This document shows, one piece after another, positions 18,587 to 27,582 of a DNA stretch of 64,000 nt; position 1 is the first letter of the stretch; each line of letters starts with the position of its first letter. Source of the DNA: Patescibacteria group bacterium (GTDB taxonomy: Bacteria; Patescibacteriota; Doudnabacteria; UBA920; VMFF01). The stretch is taken from NCBI GenBank assembly GCA_038065615.1, contig JBBTQQ010000007.1, positions 12,473 through 76,472 of the forward strand, given 5' to 3'. The position numbers and the translations under genes are program-made. A model generated the notes under the pieces. The model had not been told where the DNA came from. It did no database searches and saw only the letters and a list, made by a program, of their open reading frames with translations.

Positions 18587-18662
18587 TGGTGGGCATGCCA
18601 GGACTCGAACCTGGGACCAATTGTGTATAAGACAATCGCTCTACCAACTGAGCTACATGCCC
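18587..18662 (-). tRNA. tRNA-Ile(UAU)
   Basis: Cloverleaf GGGCATG...CATGCCC-ACCA; anticodon arm ATTGT-CT-TAT-AC-ACAAT. Confidence 0.92.
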
Positions 18663-18674
18663 TTAAGCTGCCTA

Positions 18675-21116
18675 TTATATTACAGCACTTGAGGCAACTT
18701 TGTCACCATCATCAAGACGCATGACTCTAACTCCTTGGGTTGCACGACCTAAGGTTGAGATGGTGTTGAGTTTGGTTCTTAGAGCTTGTCCGTTTCTTGA
18801 AAATAGCACGAGATCATGTTCTTCGCTTCCTGTAACAATGTGCATTGAGATGATCTTGCCTGTCTTGTCAGTTACTTTCAGCGTCTTTATACCAGAACCA
18901 CCTCGCTTCTGTATTTTGTAGAAAGAAAGGTCTGTCTTTTTGCCTAATCCATTTTCAGTAACTATTAAGACTTGGAGATCTTTAACATTGTCTTCTTTTG
19001 GAATTATATCCATGCTCATCAGAAGGTCTTTTCCTTTCAAACGCATACCACGAACTCCAGATGCTCCTCTGCCCATTGGACGAATATCTTTTTCTGAGAA
19101 ACGAATTGCTTGTCCTAGTTCTGTTGAAAGCATTATTTGGTCATCGCCATTTGAAAGGTTAACCCATTTTAGTTCATCATCACCTTTCAGCTTTATAGCG
19201 ATCATTCCGCTTCTGCGCACTTTAGTAAATGAATCTGATTCAACTTTTTTGATTAAACCTTTTTTGGTTGTCATTACCAGGTATTTTGCTGGCGATTTTT
19301 TTGCTTGGCAAAGGATTGCTGTTGCATATTCTCCAGAACCAAGTTGCAGGAAGTTAACTAATGCTTGTCCTTTTGCAACTCTGGAGCTCTCTGGAATTTC
19401 ATAGACTTTTGTTTGGAATATGCGTCCTTTGTTAGTAAAGAACATCATGTCATCATGTGTGTTTGCGGAAATGACAACATCAACAACATCCTCTTCTTTT
19501 GTAGTCATGCCAATGACGCCTTTTCCGCCTCTTCCTTGTGTTTTGTATGTGTCAGGAGCTAATCGCTTGATGTATCCAGACTTGGTTGTTGTTATGATTA
19601 CGTTTTCTTCTGCTATTAAGTCCTCAGCCTTGAACTCTCCAATTGGAGTTTTAACAACTTGAGTTCTTCTTTCATCACCAAATTTTTCTTTAAGTTCAAA
19701 AACTTCTTTTTTGATTATTGCAAGAATCTTTTTTGGTGAACGAAGTATGTCTTCTAATTCAGCAATGAGTTTTTTCTTTTCTGCTAGTTCTTCATCAATT
19801 TTTTTTCTTTCTAATCCAGCAAGTGTTTGTAAGCGCATCTCTAAGATTGCGCGAGTTTGAATTTCTGAGAGTTTGAATTTCTTAACTAGGTTTTCAAAAG
19901 CTTCTTCTTTTGTTGGAGATTTCTTTATGACTGCAATTACTTCATCAATGTGATCTAAAGCTTTTTTTAATCCCTCAAGGACATGTGCTCTTTCTTTTGC
20001 TTTGCTTAGATCAAACTCTGTTTTTCTTTTAACAACAATTTGTCTGTGTTCAAGGTATTTTTCAAGAACTGTTTTTAGGTTTAAGATCATTGGTTCAATA
20101 CCACCAACCAATGCCAGCATGTTCATGTGGAATGTTTCTTGAAGTTGGCTGTATTTAAAGAGTTGGTTTAGAATTTTGTTTGCTAAAGCATCTTTTTTCA
20201 AATCAACAACAATGCGAACACCATCTTTGTCTGATTCGTCTCTTAAGTCTTTGATACCCTCAACTCTTTTTTCTTTTACTAGGTCTGCGAATTTTTGTAG
20301 TAGTGTTGCTTTGTTAACTCTGTAAGGAATTTCTGTGATGAGGATTTGGTATGCGCCGGTTTTTGTTTCTACTATGTCTGTTTTAGCGCGCATTACAATA
20401 CTGCCTTTTCCTGTCGCATACGCCTCTTTTATGGCATTGATGTCATAGATAATTCCGCCAGTTGGGAAATCCGGGCCTTTGATGAATTGAAGTAGATCTT
20501 CGGTTGTTGCTTTAGGGTCATCTATTAACGTAGTTATCGCATCGCAGATTTCTGTAAGGTTGTGTGGTGGGATGTCTGTTGCCATGCCAACAGCAATACC
20601 TAAGGTTCCATTAAGGAGCAAGTTAGGTAGTTTTGCAGGTAAAACAACTGGTTCTTTTTTGGTTGCGTCAAAATTGTCTCTGTAATCAACTGTTTCTTTT
20701 TCAATATCAGTAAGCAGTTCTTCAGCCATTTGGCTCATTCTTGCCTCTGTGTATCTGTAAGCAGCTGCTCCGTCCCCGTCCATTGAACCAAAGTTTCCTT
20801 GACCATCAATGATTGGGTAGCGCATAGCAAAGTCTTGAGCCATGTGTACCATTGAGTCATATACCGCAACGTCGCCATGTGGGTGATATTTTGCAAGAAC
20901 GTCTCCAACAACTGATGCTGATTTTCTGAATTTCGCGTTATGTCTTAAACCTTGTTCGTGCATTGAATACAAGATACGTCTGTGTACAGGTTTTAATCCA
21001 TCTCTTACATCAGGAAGAGCACGATCAACAATTACGCTCATCGCGTAATCAAGGAAGCTCTCTTGCATTTCTGATTCTATTGTACGTTGGCGTAAAACGC
21101 CGATTTCGTCTGACAT
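18675..21116 (-). CDS. gyrA: DNA gyrase subunit A
   Basis: [23 protein letters not shown] catalytic Tyr, QGRGGKG GyrA box. Confidence 0.98.
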   Translation of the reverse strand: MSDEIGVLRQRTIESEMQESFLDYAMSVIVDRALPDVRDGLKPVHRRILYSMHEQGLRHNAKFRKSASVVGDVLAKYHPHGDVAVYDSMVHMAQDFAMRYPIIDGQGNFGSMDGDGAAAYRYTEARMSQMAEELLTDIEKETVDYRDNFDATKKEPVVLPAKLPNLLLNGTLGIAVGMATDIPPHNLTEICDAITTLIDDPKATTEDLLQFIKGPDFPTGGIIYDINAIKEAYATGKGSIVMRAKTDIVETKTGAYQILITEIPYRVNKATLLQKFADLVKEKRVEGIKDLRDESDKDGVRIVVDLKKDALANKILNQLFKYSQLQETFHMNMLALVGGIEPMILNLKTVLEKYLEHRQIVVKRKTEFDLSKAKERAHVLEGLKKALDHIDEVIAVIKKSPTKEEAFENLVKKFKLSEIQTRAILEMRLQTLAGLERKKIDEELAEKKKLIAELEDILRSPKKILAIIKKEVFELKEKFGDERRTQVVKTPIGEFKAEDLIAEENVIITTTKSGYIKRLAPDTYKTQGRGGKGVIGMTTKEEDVVDVVISANTHDDMMFFTNKGRIFQTKVYEIPESSRVAKGQALVNFLQLGSGEYATAILCQAKKSPAKYLVMTTKKGLIKKVESDSFTKVRRSGMIAIKLKGDDELKWVNLSNGDDQIMLSTELGQAIRFSEKDIRPMGRGASGVRGMRLKGKDLLMSMDIIPKEDNVKDLQVLIVTENGLGKKTDLSFYKIQKRGGSGIKTLKVTDKTGKIISMHIVTGSEEHDLVLFSRNGQALRTKLNTISTLGRATQGVRVMRLDDGDKVASSAVI

Positions 21117-21117
21117 A

Positions 21118-21348
21118 TTATTTACTTTGTTCTGAAGGTAGTGTTAATTGCGATTTATCAAGTTTGAAATTCTTTATTCCGTTTTCTATTGTTTTGAAGA
21201 GGTCTAGATTTTTGTTTGCTCCGTTTTTGTAGTTCCCTATTAAGATCCAAATGCCGATTAGAACAACCACTGCTATTACCGTAGTCATCCAAAGCAGCCG
21301 TATTTTTTCTTCTTTGGGTTTAGCTCTTAGTTTTTCTAACCACCCCAT
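21118..21348 (-). CDS. Small single-TM hypothetical protein
   Basis: 76 aa, one TM, tightly packed between MBL gene and gyrA. Confidence 0.75.
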   Translation of the reverse strand: MGWLEKLRAKPKEEKIRLLWMTTVIAVVVLIGIWILIGNYKNGANKNLDLFKTIENGIKNFKLDKSQLTLPSEQSK

Positions 21349-21980
21349 TATCTTAATGGCTCCAGCATAATTATTTTCATTGGTTGTTCAACAAGAAGGT
21401 CTTTTTTCTTTAATACAAGCTTTTCCATTTTTTCAAATTTGTTTCCAAATTCTTTTAGGAACTTTTCTTCAGAGTCAGCGTGGATTTTTAAGCCAGGCAT
21501 TTTGAAATGCATAGGAATGACAAATTTTGGTTCTATGAAGTTTACTGCTTTTGCTGCGTCATCAGATGTTAAGACGCCATTTCCACCAACTGGGACAAGC
21601 ATGACATCAACGTCTCCAATATCTTCAAGCTCATCTTCGCTCAAAGAGAGTTTTTCAATATGCGCCATGTCTAAGATTTTAATACCCTCAACTTCAATGA
21701 GATATATTGTTACAATACGTCCGTTTTTGTCTTTTACGGGGATTCCTGTGATGGTGTGTTCTTTAACATCGTATTCTCCTGGTCCATCTACAATGAATGG
21801 TTCTCCGGAAATGCCTGATGTCCAAGAATACATCTCATTTTCTTTCTCTGAAAGGATGATTAAATCAGCTGCTCCGCGAGGTGGGGTCAGTCCTGAATCC
21901 TTGCCAAAAGGGTCGATTATTGAGGTTGTTTCTTTACCTGTTATCTTGAATGAACTTAGTCCGAAATATGAGATTTGCAT
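21348..21980 (-). CDS. MBL-fold metallo-hydrolase (degenerate metal motif)
   Basis: ISYFGLSSFKI, IDPF, DGPGEY, PVGG, IPMHF. Confidence 0.85.
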   Translation of the reverse strand: MQISYFGLSSFKITGKETTSIIDPFGKDSGLTPPRGAADLIILSEKENEMYSWTSGISGEPFIVDGPGEYDVKEHTITGIPVKDKNGRIVTIYLIEVEGIKILDMAHIEKLSLSEDELEDIGDVDVMLVPVGGNGVLTSDDAAKAVNFIEPKFVIPMHFKMPGLKIHADSEEKFLKEFGNKFEKMEKLVLKKKDLLVEQPMKIIMLEPLR

Positions 21981-22052
21981 GTGTATATTTTACCAAAAAA
22001 TGAGCAATTTTGGAAGCCTAAAAAGGGTCTGAAAAACACCAAGCCCTGAGGG

Positions 22053-22742
22053 TTAGTCAGGGCTGGTTTTGGTGTGAGGTGGGAAGTGGAGACCACAGAC
22101 CGAGCAATACCCGGTAGCGCGAGCTTCTACTGCGGTCTTGTGGACGTCAGGGCAACGATGCTCCTCTTCTGCAGCCGCGCTGTGACCATAGAATACCTGG
22201 AACAGTTCATCGCAGAAGTCCGGGTTCCTGATGCCACAGCTGGCGCAGTACTTACCGTAACGCACCTGCTGATCTCCGCATTTCTTGCATGGAATTGTAA
22301 ACCCTTCTTCGTAGATGAGTCCTAAGGCATCGTCCATGTCTACTGTCTTAGTTGGACAGACGGTTTCGATGGAAGTAAGGATCTCTGCGATCAACTCTTC
22401 ACGTAGCCTTCTTGCTTGTTTTTCTGAGACCCTCAGGGTTTTCTTGATCTCTTGGATGTGGTTCTCCTCCATCCAGATTAGGTACACGATCAGATAGCCA
22501 GTGTTGCTAATCCTCTTTGCGAGAGGACTGCAAGCTGCTGTGAGTTCTTCTTCTGTTGCGACTTCGAGATCTGAAGAAACATCGTCCTCTTCGTCGTCCA
22601 GATCATCTGCTTGATCAGCAGTCATTCCAGGCTGCCAGGTTGATACCGTGTCTCCATATGGTCCTTGTGGGGCGTGTACTTCGCCCCTCCAGGATTCGTC
22701 GTCAGGCAGCTCGAAGGAGCTGTCTTCTTCCCATTGTGTCAT
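22053..22742 (-). CDS. GC-rich hypothetical protein with acidic N-terminus and Zn-ribbon (CxxC) motifs
   Basis: CKKC, CASC, CSVC; start set to ATG after GGAGGAG. Confidence 0.7.
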   Translation of the reverse strand: MTQWEEDSSFELPDDESWRGEVHAPQGPYGDTVSTWQPGMTADQADDLDDEEDDVSSDLEVATEEELTAACSPLAKRISNTGYLIVYLIWMEENHIQEIKKTLRVSEKQARRLREELIAEILTSIETVCPTKTVDMDDALGLIYEEGFTIPCKKCGDQQVRYGKYCASCGIRNPDFCDELFQVFYGHSAAAEEEHRCPDVHKTAVEARATGYCSVCGLHFPPHTKTSPD

Positions 22743-22978
22743 GGCTCCTCCGGTTCGTGTTTTCTCGTATGACGGCATCTTACACTAGAGGCTTTGGGTC
22801 TTGCAATAACCGGGGGGATTTAGTATACTTTCAGAGCTTAATGAGTTCGCACGTTTATTAAATAATTAACAAGTCATTAGGCCTTAGAAGAAACGTGCTA
22901 TTAAGAATTAACTAATAGAATAGATTTGCGGGTTAACCGCATCAATTCTCAAGTTAGTTCTTGGGATTTTTTATTTAC

Positions 22979-24136
22979 ATGTCAGAGAAAACAGCTACAG
23001 CAAATGCTCAGACAATGAATGACCTGATTCAATCAGGCCTTGAAATCAAGGTTTTGAAACCAGGAGAAGTTGTTGCGGGAAAAATTTTGTCCGTAGGAAA
23101 AAATGAAGTATATGTAGACATCGAAGGTTATGGTTTAGGCGTTGTTCGCGGCCGTGAACTTTATGATGATGAAGCAACTCTCTCTTCTTTAAAACCAGGA
23201 GATGAAGTTTTTGCTTCCGTGGTAGATATTGAAAACAAAGACGGTAACATTGAACTTTCTTTCCGCCAAGCAGGACAGGAAAGAGTTTGGTCTACCTTGC
23301 AAGAAAAGATGCAGACCAAAGAAATTGTTCGCACCAAGATTTTGGAAGCAAACAAAGGTGGTTTGATGGTTGAGATTAACAATGTCATGGGATTCTTGCC
23401 TGTTTCTCAGTTATCAACCGAACACTACCCAAGAGTAGAAGACGGTGACAAGAACAAGATATTGTCTGTTTTGAACCAGTTTGTTGGTACAATGTTTGAC
23501 GTTCAGATTATCACAGCAGATCAGAACGAAGAGAAATTGATTGTTTCTGAAAAATCAGTCTTTGAAAAAGATTTGCAAGATCGTATAAGTAAGTTAAAGA
23601 TTGGTGATATTGTTACAGGAACTGTTTCTGGTATTGTTGACTTCGGAGTCTTCGTTAAGTTCGGAGAACTTGAAGGTTTGGTACATATTTCAGAATTAGC
23701 ATGGCAGCGTATTGAACATCCAAAGGATATTGTTAAGGTTGGACAAGAAGTAAAAGCAGTTGTTATTGGTTTAGACAAAGGCAGGATTTCATTATCCATG
23801 AAGCAGTTGGAAAAAGATCCATGGCAGGACAGTGTTAAGAAGTACCAGATTGGCCAGGTTGTTAAAGGAAAAGTTTCTAAGATTATGCCTTTTGGTGTAT
23901 TTGTAGAACTTGATGACCAGATTCAAGGCCTTGCTCACTTAATGGAGTTATCACACGAAGAAGTTAAGAGTGCTGAAGATGTTTTGAAGGTTGGAGATGA
24001 GAAAGAATTTAAAATAATCTCTATTGAACCACAGGAACATCGCTTGGGTTTGTCGATTAAAGCTTTAACCGAAAAACCAGAAGAGAAAAAAGAAGAAAAA
24101 GTAGAGGCAACAGAAGAAGCAGAAAAGGAAGTTTAA
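22979..24136 (+). CDS. rpsA: 30S ribosomal protein S1-like protein (four S1 domains)
   Basis: Repeated S1 motifs (GFLPVSQL, FGVFV, GLVHISEL, ISLSMK); start ATG 22979. Confidence 0.92.
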   Translation: MSEKTATANAQTMNDLIQSGLEIKVLKPGEVVAGKILSVGKNEVYVDIEGYGLGVVRGRELYDDEATLSSLKPGDEVFASVVDIENKDGNIELSFRQAGQERVWSTLQEKMQTKEIVRTKILEANKGGLMVEINNVMGFLPVSQLSTEHYPRVEDGDKNKILSVLNQFVGTMFDVQIITADQNEEKLIVSEKSVFEKDLQDRISKLKIGDIVTGTVSGIVDFGVFVKFGELEGLVHISELAWQRIEHPKDIVKVGQEVKAVVIGLDKGRISLSMKQLEKDPWQDSVKKYQIGQVVKGKVSKIMPFGVFVELDDQIQGLAHLMELSHEEVKSAEDVLKVGDEKEFKIISIEPQEHRLGLSIKALTEKPEEKKEEKVEATEEAEKEV

Positions 24137-24147
24137 TACAGGGATTT

Positions 24148-24176
24148 AAAAAAACCGGCGTTTGCCGGTTTTTTTA
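24148..24176. terminator. Bidirectional terminator
   Basis: AAAAAACCGGC...GCCGGTTTTTT. Confidence 0.8.
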
Positions 24177-24584
24177 TTCTTCGCTTGTTTGAGACTCTTC
24201 ACTATTTCTGACTCGTTCTGTTTTAAGCCGATCAACTGCTGTTGATACAGCTGCGAGTGCTTCTGGTTTTAAGTCTAATGAAATATTGTATCTAGATGGT
24301 GCTTCTGTGTTTGCAAGAACTCCGGTTAACTGCAGACCTCTTATTTTTCCTTTAAAGCTTTGGGCTAAGAGTGAAAAGTTTGCCATTGTTTCTTCCCAGG
24401 CAGCTGCGTTTATTAAAAGTTTTACGATTCTGCCATCTTCAGTGACAATACCCAGGATTCTTCTGCTACCTTCTATTTCCGGTGTAGCATTGAATGCCGC
24501 ATCAAAAGTATCCCTTAACAGCTCATAGTTTCTGTGTGGGAGATCTTGGGTCTCAGATTGTCTGATGTCGCGACCTGGTTCCAT
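24174..24584 (-). CDS. Hypothetical protein
   Basis: 136 aa ORF, co-oriented and adjacent to RNHCP gene. Confidence 0.6.
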   Translation of the reverse strand: MEPGRDIRQSETQDLPHRNYELLRDTFDAAFNATPEIEGSRRILGIVTEDGRIVKLLINAAAWEETMANFSLLAQSFKGKIRGLQLTGVLANTEAPSRYNISLDLKPEALAAVSTAVDRLKTERVRNSEESQTSEE

Positions 24585-24589
24585 TCTAG

Positions 24590-24889
24590 TTATTTTCCGC
24601 TAAGTATTTTTACAATTGCATCAAAGTTATCTTCAGCACTTGTCTTGTTGTCTTTTTCAACGCCGCATTTTTCACAGCGATGGGTAATGACGTATTGTCC
24701 ATTTTTTAAATGAACGGCAATCGGACGCATTAATCCTTGGCAACTTGCTTGTCTATCCCCCGGATTCGCATCAACGTGTTTACTGTAGAGACAGTTAAAG
24801 CAATGGTTAGTGTAACCATTGCCTTTGTTTTTTTGACCGCAATGTTCGCAAACAAAGTCTTCAATTTTTCTTGTAAAATGTTTGCTCAT
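24590..24889 (-). CDS. RNHCP domain Zn-binding protein
   Basis: FVCEHCG, TNHCFNCLYSKHVD, PGDR..C.G.M.P, HRCEKCG. Confidence 0.88.
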   Translation of the reverse strand: MSKHFTRKIEDFVCEHCGQKNKGNGYTNHCFNCLYSKHVDANPGDRQASCQGLMRPIAVHLKNGQYVITHRCEKCGVEKDNKTSAEDNFDAIVKILSGK

Positions 24890-24973
24890 TTTATTCTGGT
24901 GTATTTATTTGGCTAGCCTGATTTTACTTTTTCTTTCGTGGCAAATTCTTTTTTAATTCAAAAGGAAACTCAA

Positions 24974-25321
24974 TTATATCAAAAAAGATATGGTCGCACC
25001 TATAATAATCAATATCCCGATAAAAAATGGTACAGCAGGATTTCTAGAAACAATGAAACTTCCAGGCTCAAATATACTCGCAATTAATAATGCAGGCAAC
25101 CACATAAATACACCAGCCCACCAAGCTACAAATACGAAACCAAGTATAACTTCAGCTATAAACAATCCGATAGCAATAATTGGAATAATTATTTTCGCAG
25201 CTGTCGAAGAAAACCAAAGTGGTGCATCTAAAATGCTGACACCGCCTGGGCCAGGTTGTCTTATGAACGCACCTTGAATCAATCCTGCACCAAAACAAAA
25301 AATAAGATATTGAATTAACAT
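24974..25321 (-). CDS. Small hydrophobic membrane protein
   Basis: 115 aa, about four TM segments. Confidence 0.6.
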   Translation of the reverse strand: MLIQYLIFCFGAGLIQGAFIRQPGPGGVSILDAPLWFSSTAAKIIIPIIAIGLFIAEVILGFVFVAWWAGVFMWLPALLIASIFEPGSFIVSRNPAVPFFIGILIIIGATISFLI

Positions 25322-25381
25322 AAAGATACAAAAATTAAATTATCCCGTTCGTCAACTGATTTTTCGCTTTTGATTGTTTAT

Positions 25382-25468
25382 TGGTGCCGATGGTGGGACT
25401 CGAACCCACAAGCCCTTACGAGCAAGAGATTTTAAGTCTCTCGTGTATACCAGTTCCACCACATCGGC
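25382..25468 (-). tRNA. tRNA-Leu(UAA)
   Basis: Anticodon arm AGAGA-CT-TAA-AA-TCTCT, long variable arm, CCA. Confidence 0.95.
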
Positions 25469-25498
25469 TCGTTAGATATATTAAGTTATTTGTTCTTA

Positions 25499-25573
25499 TG
25501 GAGGCCACGACCGGAATCGAACCGGTGAATGAAGATTTTGCAGATCTTCGCCTTCCCACTTGGCTACGTGGCC
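25499..25573 (-). tRNA. tRNA-Cys(GCA)
   Basis: Anticodon arm GAAGA-TC... loop CT-GCA-AA, U73 discriminator, CCA. Confidence 0.95.
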
Positions 25574-25578
25574 AGTTT

Positions 25579-26244
25579 TTACTCTTTAACTTTCCAATTA
25601 TCGCATTTTTTTAGTGCTTTAGTAAAGACCCTTTTCTTTCGTGTAAGATACAGCTTTGTACGGGGTGGATACATATATTTGTATATTTTTAAAGCGTCAT
25701 TCGTCGAATATGATAGCTGGTAGCTGCGTCTGCTGTTATATATCTTTGTTTGTCTTAGTGCCAGTTTGTTCTTTAGCTTTAAACACAAGGTTTCCAAAAA
25801 TTTGTGGCTACCACTTGTAAATATTATTCTTAATCGTTTTTGTTTTTCTACATATACGCAGCCATCGCCATCAAAGTACCCTCTTACAAAATCAGATAGA
25901 TATCGATCCTCAATTGTAGGGAACCTCATCGTCAGTGATTTCCTTGGATATATTCCTAGTTTTGTAACAGAATCGTATAATTCTTTGTCGCCTATCCTCA
26001 ATCTGTATTTTATTTTATGTTTTTTTGATTCCGGCGGGATGATTTCTATTTTATGTTCAGCGCGCAACTCTTTTTTTAGCCGACTAATTAATTCATAGTC
26101 GGTGCTAATAGCTTTCAAGTAATGAGCTCTGAATGATTGCCAGTATTCTACGCTGCCATCAGCAAATAGATAGCCTAAAGTATACGCCATTCTCTTTGAC
26201 CACTTATTAAAATATTTTTCGTTTACTTTGTATTTAATCCCCAT
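25579..26244 (-). CDS. Free-standing double-motif LAGLIDADG homing endonuclease
   Basis: YTLGYLFADG and FVRGYFDGDG motifs; start ATG 26244. Confidence 0.88.
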   Translation of the reverse strand: MGIKYKVNEKYFNKWSKRMAYTLGYLFADGSVEYWQSFRAHYLKAISTDYELISRLKKELRAEHKIEIIPPESKKHKIKYRLRIGDKELYDSVTKLGIYPRKSLTMRFPTIEDRYLSDFVRGYFDGDGCVYVEKQKRLRIIFTSGSHKFLETLCLKLKNKLALRQTKIYNSRRSYQLSYSTNDALKIYKYMYPPRTKLYLTRKKRVFTKALKKCDNWKVKE

Positions 26245-26338
26245 ATTTTTGTATTGTAAGTTTAACAAAATGGGAATGAAAAAATTCTAAAATAAAACCC
26301 CGCCGGTTAAGGCGGGATTCTATTTTCGCTTGCATTTT

Positions 26339-26941
26339 TTAAGCTGACTCTGTTTCTACCTGTTGTTCTATCTCAACTAAGTCGTTGTAGATTTGAGTAG
26401 TTGCTGCATACCAGTTGGAGCTTCTTGGATAAACGTAGATTCCGTTCATCTGTTTAAGTGTCCAACCTTTGTATCTTCTGTCAATCAACTTTTGTAAGTC
26501 AACAATCCAGTCAGCGGTAGAGTCGTATCTTTTTAGACCGGCGTAACCTTTCCCAAATTGTCCGTAAATTCCGCTACAGTTATTGTAATAACAGCGTTTA
26601 CCTAAGGAGCTTTCTGCATTTGAGATTGCAATGATTGTTTTCCAATCATCCTGTGCCAGTAATATTTCGGTGTAATCCGCTAAAGGAGCGCCTTTACTTT
26701 CCAAATATTCTCTGACTAAAGTTACCTTTTTGTCGATCTTCGCGTATTTCTCATGGTCCATCGTAATTAATGAACCAGGGTTTTGAGTTTTGATTTCAAA
26801 AACTATGCTTTTTTCTGAACCAACAGCCTGGGCGTGAGCCACCAAGGAACCAGGATGAATCCCAGTTACCAAGGAAACAAGAGCGGCTAAAACTGCAATC
26901 TTGTTTTTGGCAGACTGAAGGGCCTTCAAAGAAGCGTTCAT
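26339..26941 (-). CDS. Secreted protein, possible lysozyme-like/glucosaminidase domain
   Basis: Signal peptide; AISNAESSLGK...NNCSGI motif resembles a lysozyme-like catalytic Glu region. Confidence 0.6.
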   Translation of the reverse strand: MNASLKALQSAKNKIAVLAALVSLVTGIHPGSLVAHAQAVGSEKSIVFEIKTQNPGSLITMDHEKYAKIDKKVTLVREYLESKGAPLADYTEILLAQDDWKTIIAISNAESSLGKRCYYNNCSGIYGQFGKGYAGLKRYDSTADWIVDLQKLIDRRYKGWTLKQMNGIYVYPRSSNWYAATTQIYNDLVEIEQQVETESA

Positions 26942-27156
26942 TTTATATGATCAATTCCTTTCTTCCCTTAAATATTTAGATTTCAAAGTTCTAAAGCCTT
27001 TTATGGCTTGTGGACCTTTACTTGGACGGTTTTCACCGTACAAGAAAGCATTGTATCATACATTACCCCATCTGTCAAGGCATATGTCAAGGTGACTTTT
27101 TAGGGTAAAAATGGTCTAAAAAAGCCCATATTATTGGGCTTTTAGTAAGTATGTAG

Positions 27157-27570
27157 TTATACACCTAGCTCTTTTAGCTTTTGCTTGTACTTCTCGTAGT
27201 CTTCAATGTAGTCTTCCCTGTTTGGGTTGTAGTTTGTTGAGCTAACAGCTAAAAGCACTGCGTCTGGGCTAAAATCCTTAAACCCATGCCAGATATAGTT
27301 TCCGATGTACATAGCGCTTTGAGGAGAGTTCATTGGTATGTCCTCTAATCCTTGCCCCTTGTCTATGACTGCGGTGCAAGATCCGGAAACCATGACAAAC
27401 AATTCCTCTTCTTTTAGATGGCAGTGTTGTCCAGTGTTTCCTGTTGGGTGTGATATGAAATATACCCGCTTAACTTCAAAATCAACATATTCTTTGAGTT
27501 CTAGTGGGCTCATTGCAAAGTTAGGTGCTTGGATTTTTTTTACTTCAAATTGTTTGAATTGAAGTTGCAT
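27157..27570 (-). CDS. FdtA/QdtA (WxcM-like) sugar 3,4-ketoisomerase cupin
   Basis: FEVKRVYF, GQHCH, WHGF, DYIEDY; downstream of rfbB. Confidence 0.85.
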   Translation of the reverse strand: MQLQFKQFEVKKIQAPNFAMSPLELKEYVDFEVKRVYFISHPTGNTGQHCHLKEEELFVMVSGSCTAVIDKGQGLEDIPMNSPQSAMYIGNYIWHGFKDFSPDAVLLAVSSTNYNPNREDYIEDYEKYKQKLKELGV

Positions 27571-27582
27571 TTTTGTTTCAGG

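Noticed and set aside
18622-18630. Perfect DnaA box TTATACACA (minus strand)
   Set aside because: It is the anticodon arm of tRNA-Ile(UAU); likely coincidental
22025-22070. Possible third copy of the 39-nt hairpin after the GC-rich gene (shares TTGGTGTTTT)
   Set aside because: Only about 10 nt match and a different stem; treated as an ordinary terminator-like hairpin
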